The notes under the pieces: model-generated
The model's database searches: none
What the model saw: the letters and a program-made list of their open reading frames with translations, nothing else
Told to the model about the DNA's origin: nothing
Assembly: GCA_964035545.1 (NCBI GenBank)
Contig: OZ037767.1
Coordinates: 25,994,628-26,058,627 of the forward strand
DNA length: 64,000 nucleotides
Source of the DNA: Bugula neritina
Taxonomy: Eukaryota; Animalia; Bryozoa
Direction of reading: 5' to 3'
Part shown: positions 14,901-28,687 of the stretch, piece by piece
Layout: every line of letters starts with the position of its first letter
How positions within the stretch are numbered: the stretch's first letter is position 1
Position numbers and translations under genes: made by a program

Positions 14901-17672
14901 TCAAATGTTGCAAGAAGTTTGATAAGTATATTATAGTTTTTGTAGGTCATCTATAGTTGCACTATTTATTTCTAATTCACGTAAACTTGTAAAATATACA
15001 AGTCATAAAATTCACAAATAATAATGATAAATGTCGCTGTTACAGACCTCAACGTAGATTCCAGTATGGAAAATCTGCACAGAGTAACAAAGGGAGAATT
15101 GTTTCACATCTCTCAGCCGGCTGAGCTCTTCAACATACTGCAAGTGTACAAGCCTCAGCACCACTCAACAACATATGGAATAACTGCTGGCTCAGGTAAC
15201 GCCCTTAGTTTTGCCTCAAAGCTTTGGGCTCAATTTTTATTTTAAATTGTTTTATAACTACCTTTGAGCTCTCAAATATATTATAATAAAAGCTAAGAGC
15301 TTGTTTGTAAATATGACAGCTAGAAATCTTGTTACCAATCAAGTATCAATCACAACTAATGCTTCTTAATTTGATATTATTGGGTATAAATTAATATTTT
15401 ATACATATACAGCGTATTTATTTACAATCATTATTTCTAAGATTTATCGTATTTATTTGTAGCAAATGTGCTGGTGCCTCCACTGCAGACAATGCATGTT
15501 GTTATGAAATGCAAGAATAATTCGGCCCAAATATCAATTAAAATGGAAAGCTCTGAAATGTTGGCTAGACATGTCTACTCCTCAAACCACACCTCTATTG
15601 ATAGTATAAGCTCTCAGTCTACTACTAGTCAATTGATACGAGTGGAAAGTACGGGGCCCTATAATGACTGCATACTGAGCACATGGAGCTCACAGGCTAT
15701 AGCTACCCTTCGCCCTGTCAGCAGAGGAGTTAATTACCAGATATACACTAGAAATATTAAAGGTGAATATATTATTAGCCTACATTTTCATCTGGAGTGC
15801 CATTGAGGAGCTAATACTTTGTGTTATAATATTATTATAATGTTGCCTTTATTATACAATAAATTCTTAGCATTCAAAAACTTATGTTTGTAACTAATAA
15901 TTGGCTGCAATCTGTATTTTTAGCTGCTTTCTTTGACTTTATATTATAATATTTGAGGACAAGTCACATTACTACTCGTACTAATTTTTGTTAGGTGCAA
16001 GTTGTAGTTTTAGCTATATGATTTCATAATTTATAGCATGGAATCCTGACATGTTCTAAAAAAGTTTGTGTTTGTTCAAAGATGGAAACTCGAAACTGAT
16101 GGCAGCTGAGATAAACCCTGACGTTGCTGCCGCTGTTCAGCCCCACAGCTTAGTGTCCTCCACAACCAATACTTCCTTCTCAAAGTGTTTACATGACTAC
16201 GCCTTTGTGACCGATGGAGATTTATCTATATCTTACCAGGTAAGAATATGATTGATCTAATACGTGTGCACTAAAAACCAAAAAAGGCTTAGTAAGCAGC
16301 CGACTGTTTTACCTGCAATATAGAGGCACTGCTCTACACTAAATCTCTATTGGCGACTTCAAGATTTCATGCTGAGATTAGCATAGAATCTTGCTATGTT
16401 TTGAACTTACAAATTATTTGTAGATGTGCCCATGGATAAAATCAAATGAAATTATTACTCTTTCAAAAAGATCTTTCATATGGTTTGCTATTGCTCATGG
16501 TTAAATTAAATTACATGAATTCTGTTTTAGTATAACTCTGTTGATTTTCTCCTGAAGTACAAGGACGACAGCGTTATATTGAAAGAGTACTTTATTGAAG
16601 TCGGACCAGAGATCATTGCAACTAAAGTGCTACCAATAAACAGTACATCTATAGACATCATTGTAAAGAAAACCATGGACATCACTGGTCTTACTTTCAG
16701 TATATTAGAGGGAACAGACTATTCAACGGGTATCACATCTTCTCAATATAATAGAGGCTCAGCAGATGAATATTTTATAATCACGCTGCAATCTAACCAG
16801 TTCTCATACATCAACAGGTAAGGGTTGTAAACCTGTGAGCCAGAGTGAGTAATAATGATATTAGATCGACTCTAATTGTCTTTATTTACAGTATCACTAC
16901 AATTGAGTGCGAAATTATTTATGTGGAAACAATAACTCATAAATACCAATTACAAACCTAATTCACAATTATACTGCACAGTATGCATGTAGACTGCAGC
17001 TTGCAGAGAAATGTATGAAGACACTTTTACAACATCATATAAGTAATTGTGAGTCTTGGTTTACATTCTTAACATATTTTATATAAATACCAAACTTCTT
17101 TCTAATAAATATTGTTAATACTTGCTACTGTATTGTGTATTATGCTATTAATAATTATCAATATATATTTTTATTTTAGCCCAATAACTTTTCTTTTGAC
17201 TGGTAAAAGTAAGGATGGAAAAGACATTTATACTACACATACATTCCGTACTATATCAACAAGTCTACCACACCTGCCTACTGTAACAACAAATGGGCCA
17301 AAACAGTTCAGTACAACAGCTAAAAACACATCAATGAGTGACAAAATAACAGAGACATCTACAGTAAAAGAGAAAACAACTTCTCACATAATCTTGACTG
17401 ACCCAAGCAGCAGTACTATAGAAGGCTCTTCCGATACAGCACCAACTTCAAAAGCAAACAATTGGTCCGAGAAGCAAGTGAAGACAGTTTTGCTAGTCGT
17501 ACTCTTCATAGTAGTAGGTTCACTAGTACTCATAGTCTTGACAGTCACAGTGATGCTACTCTACAGGTATTACTGTAAAACCAAAGAGACTGAGGAAGAT
17601 AGTAACTCAGTACTTAGCTACAGATCCTTACCTATCATATATGAGAAGCGAGAGCCTGTAACACACTTGTGA
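5989..17672 (+). CDS. VWA7-like protein (HET-C-like N-terminal domain plus degenerate vWA domain) with signal peptide, S/T-rich stalk and C-terminal transmembrane helix
   Basis: About 14 exons: 5989-6190, 11519-11644, 11884-12069, 12553-12631, 12981-13060, 13264-13452, 13604-13792, 14137-14259, 14609-14719, ~15046-15195, ~15463-15762, ~16082-16239, ~16531-16817, 17180-17672. VWA7-family motifs: THESIT, HFNAEQL, LHLIQDFYSNTDW, KLTSGY, GKCNHGG, GGVNSE, SP...FH. The last exon encodes TM VLLVVLFIVVGSLVLIVLTVTVMLLY. Confidence 0.85.
10755..11184. mobile_element. MITE-like non-autonomous DNA transposon in VWA7-like intron 1
   Basis: Imperfect ~50-bp terminal inverted repeats: left ggccacaccactcattttacgctagctcgacgtgcgagaaatctcattag; right (reverse complement) ggccacaccacgagttttacaagagcttgacgttcgagaaacctcatttag. 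The interior is CpG-richer than the flanks. Confidence 0.7.
14748..14815. repeat. Imperfect (CA)n microsatellite
   Basis: acacgcacacacacacatacacgcacgcacatacacacac tract in an intron. Confidence 0.85.
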
Positions 17673-18499
17673 TTCTATTGATTCACAGTCTATGGAAGAT
17701 GATTTAAAGCATAGGCATCGGTGCTTTTTCTACCCGCTTCAACGGCCACTCACAGATTACGCAATAGTCTTGCTGAGAAATGGTAAACATACTTTCAAGA
17801 CCCAAATGAACGATGTTAAGTTGTTTTGACTGACAGTATGGTACGATGCATAAATGTTTTCACAGATTTAATTTATTTGAAATGTTATTTATTGTTTCAT
17901 TTTGCATGTATGTAAATTTATTGCTGCCTTTATGAATGCATTGAGGTGAATTTTTTTTATCAGCATTATATTGGTAAAACATATTGTATATATGAGTAGG
18001 CATTTTCTGTACATAATATTCGAGTTTCATGAAATGAACTGTGATAATAGATTAGATAATATATTTTGCAACAATAGTAAGACTTGTATCTCCATACTGA
18101 TAAGGGACTGAATATTACAAGAACAGCTGTATAATGTCAGACATAGGATATATTTTCAGAAAGTTGAACTATACTGCGGCAGCTGAACTGTATTACTATA
18201 ATACCTTTGTTATATACACAATACTATTTACATGAATCTTTCTATTAGCAAAGATTAGAAAACTAAAGCAATGTACGATGATGAGAAGTACAACAGAATT
18301 TCAGTTTGTTAAGAATAGAAACTTTGTAAACTTATAGTCTACAAGAATACTAAACAACATAACAAAATTAGCAACCACTATAGTTGGAATACAAGAGCCA
18401 ACGTCAGCGTGTATAAAAGAAATTATATTCAGTCACGTAAATTGTATTGCAATGAGATGACAAGTCAAAAATGTACTGCATCAGAGTTGAGATTAGGGG

Positions 18500-21400
18500 T
18501 TACTTTGGCATTCTTAGACTGAATTCCTCGGACATCCACGTAGCGTGATCATGGGCATGTATACTGACCAGCACCCTCAGTAAACCCTTTAACTCATCCC
18601 TGTAATTGTAGCAAGCAATGTAACGCCGCACATTGCATGAAGGTAATGCCAACATCTTCACAATGTTGAATAACTTATTGATTTCTTTACAGAACAATAA
18701 TTAAATTCGAATAAATACAGTTCTGTGTATTATGCAAGTATCTATGCAAGTGTACATAGATGAGACAAACAAACCAAGTGACAGTCTGAATAATCTAAAA
18801 CACTAAGAGATTTAAGACTGATAAACATTTTGAAGTCGTTTTAGAAAGCTGCTAAAGTATTCGGCAATAAAATCTTACCTGTTATTTGATTGGTGGAAGG
18901 CTTTAGCACATGATCTGATAAACCTGCATAGGTTTTCCAATTCAGGCAGTGCTTTCTCACCGTCCGGTGTCTTCAACCAATGACTAGGTAAAGCATCAGT
19001 TACCTGCAAACAGGTGAACATTGGATACTTTTAGTATATAAAGTATAGATATGAACGCAGACCTCCAGCTATATTCATATCGATTAAAAAAAGTTAAAGC
19101 CCCTTTATATAAGCCATGAGAGTAGCAGCATTTTTGATCCTTATAATGTATGATGTTACTGAATGTACTTACAGCCTTAATTCTCTTAAGACAGTTATCG
19201 TGACCAGCGCACTGTAGTCCCAACATGATGTATCTGTTGAGAAGTGAATCCAAGGCCAGGTGCCTGAGTTTACTGTCACTAAGCAAGCATGAGAATTGTA
19301 GAATATTCTGGTACAGTTTGATGTTTGACCAGATTTGTCTATGCAGGAACGACCTGGCTTCTACGCTCTTCAGCAGCAAACTAAAGTAGTAAGAGAGAAT
19401 ATACCACACTGTGTGTATGTGCATGTGCGTTTGTGTGTGTGTGCATGTGCGTGTGTATGTGTGTGAATGTGCGTGAGTTTATATAATTCTATTTCATAAC
19501 ATATGTATATTATGATACATTGATAGGTAGCTGAGAAGTTGAGGTGAATAAAGAGCAACACCAAAATATAGAAAAATAATGCACAAGGATTACAGACAAA
19601 ATTCTTAAGTTGGATAATTATTCTTACAAATTCACAGAATTAATTTTTCCTTGCAGCTAATACATACGGTTTTACACCTGATTAGCTTGTACAAGTTGTA
19701 CAGATGTGCTGAAGCTAACAACACTGATTGACTTTATTTACAACTCATCAACTGATATTATATACAGCATTAACCCACACAAATAGAGATTATTGAAACC
19801 TTGAGAAAATTCCTTCGTAAAAAAACAGCATAGCGAGAAACACGCCTCAGGTCACACAAAACCAAAGATATACACACTTACTCATTAGCAAAAAGAGGCA
19901 TGAAAGTGTCTTCATCCAGACTAACGTTGATCCTAAGGCTAATAGACTTGAGAAGAGTAGCTGTGTTCTTACTGCTGGTGTTCAAGGTGGGGTAGGTGTC
20001 CACCAGCCCGTGTAGTAATGTAGCCAAGTTGTGGGTCTGAGTTCTAGAGACTGGATCCCACACCATATCAACATAACCTAAAGAATTGACAGACTGTCTC
20101 AGTACAGGCACGCAGCAACTTACTTAGTAGTGTTGAAACCAATGCTCAGAGAAGATAACTCATAACATCAAACAAAAAAAACTAATAACAGGAAGTTCAG
20201 AATATCTTCAATTGGTTTTACATGAATAGCAATTGGTTCTTAAAAACAGACAGTTAGCAAACAGACAGGAACTGCGCTCATAGCAAGGAGAGGAGCATGC
20301 TCAGTGACTAACTCTGCCGAGGATAATTTCCTCAATTGGTTTTGCAAAGGCAATACAAGAAGTCAGCGAGCATTTGAGGAGTTGTTACACACTGCAGTAG
20401 ACCTATCATATGTGATCTCTATTATACATAAGGCATACCTGTCAACTTAGGAATTAATACCTTTTCCACTATCATTGGAATTAGTTGATCATCAGGATCT
20501 GAAGCTGTGTTTATAGATCCAGTGTGGCCAAACATTGCCACACTGCGAAACCATGACATCTCGGATATGGGCTTGCAGTTAACCTACATAAAACATATGG
20601 TAGACAGTAGATAGACCCTTTTCAAATGTCCCTAGTACTCAATTTATAATTAAGAGTTGTGCCCACTTAGCAGGTAGATACTTTAATCTCATTATAAAGA
20701 GCAGCCTCATTAAAGATTTAAAATTTGACTGCTACATTAAACCCAAACTATACTATATACCTACTTGTTCTTTTTAGAAAACAAATATTGTGACAGTGGC
20801 ACAAATATATGTATTTCAAAAGAATTACTTAATAGTGTTTTTTCTCAGTAAATTAAAAAATGAACTTGAAAGCCTTTTCATGGTTATATACGTTTATTGA
20901 GCCTAGTTTTTTGAATACCAAATTAGAATAAAATAAGTAGAAACACGCTGCAACATATGAAGGTGATTTAATGCACACAGGCTTTGATACAAGAAATAAT
21001 ACACTACATAAAATATTAGACTGAGAATCTTACATAGAGCTAGGGAGCGTACCTCTAGGGGGTTCCAGCTTATCAGACTAAGTTTTATGAGAGGAGAGAG
21101 CAGTTTGGGAAGACAAAGGCCAACGTAAGCATCATTATAGTCGTCAGTGTACTTTCTTTTCCATTCCTCAAATCTCTCCAGAATTTCTGATACGGTGGAG
21201 AAATCTTCTATGACATCTTCAAACAGGCTTTGACTCTCAGATATCAGTTTATCTACAAGTAATATAGAGATCATTGTACCGCAATATATCCACATGTTAT
21301 ATTTAGAAACCATTACAACTTATAAGACGTGATGCTAGACAATCACAAACACACAGACCTCTGTCTGTCTGGTACTTGATGATGTCACTCTTACTCTCCT

Positions 21401-24400
21401 CATCATCTGAAGACATGCCGTCATGATGCGTTTCCTTCGGACCTGCTGCCGTCCTATTGGCCTGCCGTAGCTGCCTACGTCTGGTGCGTCGCGCCTCCCT
21501 GTCAGCTACTCGCCTCGCCTTGATAGCTTGTTGTCTTTTCTGGACAGGCATCTCAGTCTGTGTCGGAGTTATCTTATCTAAATAGTCGAACACAATAAAT
21601 TAGGGGAGACAATTCTCTATTGAACTTGGCGCATAGTAACTTAATACCATTATGTTTAAAAAAACTAAGCAATTACAACACTGCTGCAAGTAGAAAATAT
21701 TGACTAACAGAAGTAAAGGCAATGCCTGAAGATAAAGCTCAGGTACTTTTCAGCAGAACGACTAACAAAAGCTAAGATGAGTGCAAGAAATCGAAAGATT
21801 TATTTAACAGCCAGTAATGCATGAGCTGAAAGTTTTTTGTGTTCCAAAAAACAAATAACAATAAAGGAGTGAATATATAGGTCAGCTTGCCCTACTTATA
21901 GAGGAACTATCACTAGCTTCATCTTTGATATCATCCTGTCTCCGTTTACACAGAGTAGCGCTTCGTCTCTTGGCCAATGACATCACAGCAAAATCCAGTT
22001 CACAGATTCGGGTATACTAAAAGTAGGGTTTATCCTATTATACACTAGAAACCTATATATATATATAACACTAACCAGCATACAGTACATCAGGTAATAG
22101 TAGACGAAACCTTGTCATGTGCACAGTGCTGCAGAAAGAACCATGGACTTACTGATTATTTGATTAGCAATGTCACCACATTATTAAAGAATGAACTTGG
22201 ATTGGATAACTTCTAATAGCACATCACACATAAAGGACAAAACAAAATAACCAGGTAATTTACAAAGAAATAATGTAAGTAGTCAAACAAAACAAGGCCA
22301 TAGAAATATTCAAACTCTTCCAACGCCTTAGTCTGAGAAAAACCTCCGTAGAGTTTCTAACCTTTTCATTAAAGCAGCCAAGAAGATCCCTGACATAGGA
22401 TCTGATTTGCTGCATGAACGTGTACTTAGCATTGAGTTTAGAAAGCACACTATCAGGCCCTTTGTTCTCCAGCTCTGCGGTAGATTGCTTACTCTGCAGA
22501 AGACCCGTCTGTACATTGTCCCTCTCCTGGGTGTGAACTCTGTGCACTATCTGCAGATTGCTTAACCTAAAACACAGCGCAAGTTCCTAACTCACTCACT
22601 GACTAAACAAACCCCATACCTGAAAGGAAAGACTGCAACAGAAACTATAAGATTTAACCACCGAATAAGCATGAAAAAATGTATCTAGGTAATCACACCT
22701 TTCAACCAGAGAGCGTTTGACTTGATCTATGTTGATGGTGTCTGGTAGAGGTTTGGCTTCCATAGATTGATAAGAAGGCATGCTTTCACCACCCTGACCA
22801 TAGTCTGACACCATCTGACTAGGGTCAGCCTGTCCCATTGAATAATATGACGTGTAGTAAGCATTGCCCAACACCTATTAATGAAGTTATACATGGTCAA
22901 CCATTCAGTTTGTAACTCTATCACAACACACCAGCACTGATGAGTTCAGGATACCGTGTAAATGCAACAAGGCTCTAGATTGTACTTACTACAAAATCTA
23001 ATACGCGATGCTTGAAATAATTACATAATCAGTTATAATACGAGACTTGTTTAGAAAAGTTAGCAGGTGAGGCGGAATCCCAGCAGACATGTTTTAGTAC
23101 ACAATTAAGAAAATCTTCGAGTGTACTGTGGCTTGGACATGGCTACAGAATTCATTGTTACTATTCAGACAATAAGTTGACGCCTGGAAGTAAAGCATGA
23201 ATTAAGTGATGAGCAGCAAGAATAAAACCCTGCTCTTGCCACAGCTCCCAGGGTTACCTGAGGTTGGGGTTCTCTACCCCCGACCACTTTACTGATCTGC
23301 TGCTGCTCCCAGTCTCGGTCATGGTCACTGTCGGAGCCAGAGCCATGCTCGGCAGCCAGGAATGTATCCTTCATATGCTGCTTGTCTCTCTGCAGTGAGT
23401 TGACAGTGAAATCTATCCTGTCTTCTTCATCACTCATATCATTATCATCATCCCTACAAAGAAGAGATAAGTGTGAAATAAGTCTTTGAACTAGTAGCTG
23501 TGGAGGTAGCTAAAGTCTTTAAACATATGAATATTGAACCTCGTAAATAGTAATTCGGGAAAGCTTCCAAAATGAAGAAACAAGACATGATGAATTGACA
23601 AGTATAAATGCATGCATACATATCAACTATACATGCAAACACATTAAGTTTAAATTTCTTCCCTCTCTAACTCTTAATAAAATATTGACTCTGAAAGCAC
23701 AGATCAAACTAATTTTAAGCCAAACTTGGAAGTTATTTTACAAACTTGAGATGAGAAAAACTGACCTGACGAGCCTCTGAGTTGATTTGGGTGCTGAATC
23801 TACTTTCTTTGTATCATCTAGAGGTATGAAGTCACCTTGCTCTCTAGCCTGGGCCCTTTTCTTGCGTGCCAAGTGTATAAGGTTGGCATCTGGTATCACC
23901 CCACCTGCCGTTAAAATTTCAGTACAATGAAGCCATACTGTTTCTGTTCATTTATTTGAATTATTGATAGATATACTTTAATTTTGAAAGTTTAAACTAT
24001 CAAATAGTGGAAAAAGCGATAAAAATTTCTTCATTATAATATTGATTGAAAGTATGCTCTTTGAACATATTTCAAACAGGAACAAAACTAACTACTGCCT
24101 ACGTTCTAGTAAAGACTTGAAAGAATGTTGGGGCCTCTCTGCACCCCCTTCTGAACTCTCTACTTTGTCGGTCTCACAGTCGCTGTCCAGATCCATGTCT
24201 AACGCACGATCTCCATTCAGTACAATTGAAACTTCATCTCTCTATAATGTATAGAATGGTTGTAAAAGGCAGATAGACTGGTATAGAAAATATGTCAATA
24301 TTTTATCCACGTAATGGTAATGTGAAGCCATGTATCTACTTACTTGTGGCGAGTAAGTCATACTTTCTCCATTTTTCTTAGCAGAAGCATCTTGTTTGCT

Positions 24401-25307
24401 TTCCTTTTTAAGTCGTTTGATAAGTTTTCTACTTTGACTTGATTTCTTGACTTGAAAAATCTCTCCTAATAATACAATGGTTATTTACAACTACTGCATT
24501 AAATTTCTGGCTTTAATGCATATAACGAACATGAGATGGCAGAATTTACTGATGCAATTTTTTTAACCAATTACAGATCTCTCAGTGAGCTCTCAATCAG
24601 CGTTTTTGGATTATGAAACATGCCAGGTGAGTTCAAATTAAACATTGATTTCTAAACATCGAGTAAAATTTTACTAAGTGTGGTGCAATCATTAAACACA
24701 ACTTAGTACTTACTGTTTTATTGCAAACAAACATTCCGGCATGATTTTACTAAGATAAATAAAACTAGACAGACTCGTCAAAAATATAAATATTATTAAA
24801 ATTGTTGCAAATTAACACAGCTGAATACAACTATTGTAAATATTTTCACGCAGCTGCAAAAATTAGGACATGGAAAGTGCAGTTGTTTAAATGCATTCGA
24901 CATTAATACAGGCAATTGAAATATTAAACATCATAGCAAGGTAGTCTTATTAGTCATTTCTGAAGAACAAATATTAGCACTCAGTGCTTTAAATTATTGT
25001 ACTAAAGACTAAAGCTGTTTAATACAGCTGATGCCTTACCTTCATCTTCCTCGTCTAACTCAAAGCTAATGGGAGCTCCACTACTAGGTTTTGTTGACTT
25101 ATTACTGTTGGACTTTGGATTTTTTAGTTTAGGCTTAGCTTTTGCGGTTGAAATGCCAAATGTGTTTTGATTTCCTTTACTCTGTGTATTTTGATTTACA
25201 TTTTGGCTTTGAATAGAAGACGAGTCATCCTGATTTTCTGAATCTTCATCTGACCCACCGTCGTCAGTATTTCTCTGTCGGAAATGTCTTCTTGGTTTTT
25301 TAAACAT
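18500..25307 (-). CDS. PAXBP1: PAX3/PAX7-binding protein 1 / GCFC-family spliceosome disassembly factor
   Basis: About 15 exons (approx. 25039-25307, 24343-24466, 24102-24240, 23766-23904, 23258-23453, 22698-22874, 22362-22566, 21897-22017, 21359-21557, 21053-21252, 20439-20583, 19880-20079, 19172-19381, 18879-19003, 18500-18689). Motifs: MFKKPRRHFRQR, GVIPDANLIHLARKKRAQARE, WEQQQISK, KYTFMQQIRSYVRDLLGCFNEK, DREARRTRRRQ, HHDGMSSDDE, FEDVIEDF...FEEWKRKY...YNDAYVGLCLPKLLSPLIKLSLISWNPL, WDPVS. Confidence 0.92.
19409..19476. repeat. Imperfect (TG)n microsatellite
   Basis: gtgtgtatgtgcatgtgcgtttgtgtgtgtgtgcatgtgcgtgtg tract in a PAXBP1 intron. Confidence 0.85.
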
Positions 25308-25659
25308 TTTAGACTCAACTGTCAAGGTTATGGACTCCAAAATAAAGTTAGTTTTATTTTAACTTTATGTCAAATAAAATCACAATGCACAGTAATGAAT
25401 GAAGTATTGGTCTTGTATCTGTAGATCACTGAAATTTGAATAAAACATAATCATAAATAAAATTTTGGCTGCTACAACTACAAGTACGTAATGATATTCA
25501 CTTTATGATAAGGAAAATGATCTAGCAGTAACTCTGAGCTAAAACCTAGTAAGCCTGCATGGTAGTGCTCACATCATACAAATATATTCATGTTGTGATT
25601 GTAGTTGTACTTCATTCAGTTCTACTAGTTACTAAGTCTAACATAATGATAAATAACCA

Positions 25660-26260
25660 ATAAACAATATATAATAATAATAATAGTAATACTTATACTA
25701 ATACTAATAGTATTACTTTTAGTTTTAGTAAATTAGTATTCGTCTTTGCATTACCATTACTATTGGTATTACAGTATCGGTATTACTATTACTATTAGTA
25801 ATACTATTAGTATTAGAGTATTACTATGTCTATCTATAATCATAATAATAGACATTATTAATAATAATGTCTATTAGTATTAGTATTACTAATTAGTATT
25901 ACTAATACTAATAGTAATACTAATAGTAGTAATACTAATACTAATACTAATAGTAATAGTAATAGCAATAGTAATAGTTATACTTGTAAAATGAAATTAA
26001 AATAATCATGATAATAATCACGATGATAAGTAAAGGTATAACCATTTCACTAACTTTTAGTTTTACTCTAAGTATAACGATATTCACATGATGATGATTA
26101 TTAATTAATATAAATATTATTATAATATTAATTATTTATATTATAATTATGATTACGACGATCTGATTATCATTATCATTATCATTATGGTAATCATAAT
26201 CATAATATGAACATCATTATCATCACAATACAAATTTTCATGAAGCTTTTAATTACAGTA
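25660..26260. repeat. Low-complexity AAT/AGT/ATC triplet and hexamer tract with local palindromes upstream of PAXBP1
   Basis: Runs of taatag/taatac/tattag/atcatt; palindrome tagacattatta-a-taataatgtcta at ~25848-25873. Confidence 0.75.
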
Positions 26261-27582
26261 GGTTCGACTAATTGGGCGTAGACAAAACTCTATACTGTAA
26301 TATTGCTTGGGATAAAGGCACACTGGCCATCACAACTCATAAGTATTACTATTATAATCATTATCATGATGAGATTCAACGTAACTTGCCAAAAATTTTC
26401 TTAGCTCTTGTATCGAAGAGATAATATTCACATTTTAGTAACTATGATTACCGCCTTCTAAAGTGGGGAAATCTACTATTAATGACCGATGACGAACTAG
26501 TTTTATCTAAAACATTGGTTTAGCTGCAGGCACACGTCATTTATGTAGAAAACAACTCCTTATAACGTTGTCAACGCTGACTGACCTTTGCCTTTCTCTC
26601 TCAACATTGTAATGCTCGAGCAAAGCTTTGGTGGCGCTGTTCAATATCTTGCTTATTAATAATATAGTTCACAGCATTATATATAATCAAAATTCATGTA
26701 CTATAATTAGTAGCTTGCGTGCATATCTACTTTATAAGTCATAACTTATACATGTTTCGTTCATTTGGTTCTTTTTGCAAGCCTTAGTGGTCAGTGCTGG
26801 ATTTCATGCGTATTATAATAATATATATATTTTTAGAACAAAACAAATTAGTCTTCTTTTTGAGAAAAAGCTTAGCATATTCTTATGTTTCATAAACAAT
26901 ATTTTGCAGCTAAAAATTTGATCAATTTTTACAAAAGTACTTTTATTTTTGAAATTTGAAATAAAACTTTCAACAACCTAACATTTTAGCTACCTGTAGC
27001 ATAATATAATTTGTTTTACAATGGTTCCTCTAACTTATCAAGCTGATAACCAACATTTTATTGCTCTATTGTTCACTAGTAACATCTACTGTTTATACTT
27101 ATTAATATTTCATTACTTTTGTATTTTTTGCTTCATTATATTATTCAAATATCTTTATTGTATATTAATATATAAATAAAAGTATTTACTAACATGATAT
27201 TTTTAGATTGCATTCACAACTTTAATTTATTATTGTAGCTAGTATTGCATATATTTTTGACTCCATAATTTGTATGTCGCCTGCAAAATAGAACTAGCTG
27301 CAATGCATGTTGCTTTGTCTCTACAAGATGAAGAGTTATATTTTGAAAACGGATATATTGTAGAGTATCATAATAGTTATATATATTAAAATATATTTTG
27401 ATACCATTAAAATTATAACACAATAATACACTGTGGTATAATAATACATCAACACAGGATATGACATCACAAGTAGAAATCATCCTGTATTATTAAGGAA
27501 TTCTCAACAATCAACACATGATGCATTACTTTATGTTGATGACACAACTTCATTGGAAAGAGCTCTCATTAGCTGCATCAAA

Positions 27583-28687
27583 ATGTCTACCATAATAAAT
27601 GTTCTCGGCTTTGCTATGTTCATGGACGTTGCATACCGTTACTACGTCTTCAGTTTTGTATGGTGGTGGATAACGACGGTCCCATTCATCGTCACACTGT
27701 TTTTGACTACTGTGGTAGTTGTTATAGTTTCGTAAGTTACACAATTCCTAAATATGTTTAATCTTTGCTATCTCAAGAACTTCTTACTAGTTTAACTAAA
27801 TTTAATGTTATTCATAGTATTCTGGTTTCCTCTACTTTTCAGTACTATATTCATATGTTATGTGTTGGTGTTATATAATGATTTATATAACACTCTTTAC
27901 AGACCAAAGCGTGCTCCTTGTTCTCAACTTAGAGTAACTCAATCTGCCAGCAAACAAATAAATCTTGAGATTGCTACAGAAATCATTTCTCCTTCCACTC
28001 TGCTCACTGAGTGTAAGAAAACAGAGGAACACCCCAAGAATAAAGATGGTAAGATGCTAGCTGTATTATTTCTTTACATTATTTGCCAATTGTGCTGAAA
28101 AATGTTCAACTTATCTAAAAATGTTTAATTTCCATTTACAATCTTTTTGGTCAGCTAATAGGAACTTGAGATTTTGAAGACAAGCTTATTTTGTTGAATC
28201 TAATCTTTTCAATTTAATTTTTTAATTTAACTAAAGGGTTAAATTATGTGCTTTCATTGTAGCTGTAGTGGAGAAAACCTCCTATGCCTACAACAAAAAG
28301 AGAATACAGTATATGGCTGGAATGATAGAAAGAGTTTTCAAAGATAAACCTACCAGAGGTATGGCAATATTTTTACTTGTATTATCTGCTAAATTACCCT
28401 AACAGTGTATATGTATCACTGCTCATGCCAAAGGACTACACTTTGTTTCAAAATATATTTTATGCTATGTTATTGTTATTTACTTTAATTGATATATTAT
28501 TCTTTTAGCTGCAGTGGACACCACCTCTTATGTATATAACAAGAAGAGAATCCAGTACATGGCTGGGGTTGTAGAGACTATGTTCAAAAACCCACCAGCT
28601 AAAAACACTGAATTAAATGATGAACTGAAACTCACTAAAGGAATGTGTATTACTAGCCGAATGAGGCAAAACTTTATGAAGAGCTAA
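27583..28687 (+). CDS. Uncharacterised ~189-aa membrane protein with an internal duplicated module
   Basis: Exons 27583-27731, 27903-28048, 28263-28358, 28509-28687 join in frame (570 nt) with GT-AG junctions. N-terminal hydrophobic segment WWWITTVPFIVTLFLTTVVVVIVS. AATAAA at ~28816. Confidence 0.72.
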
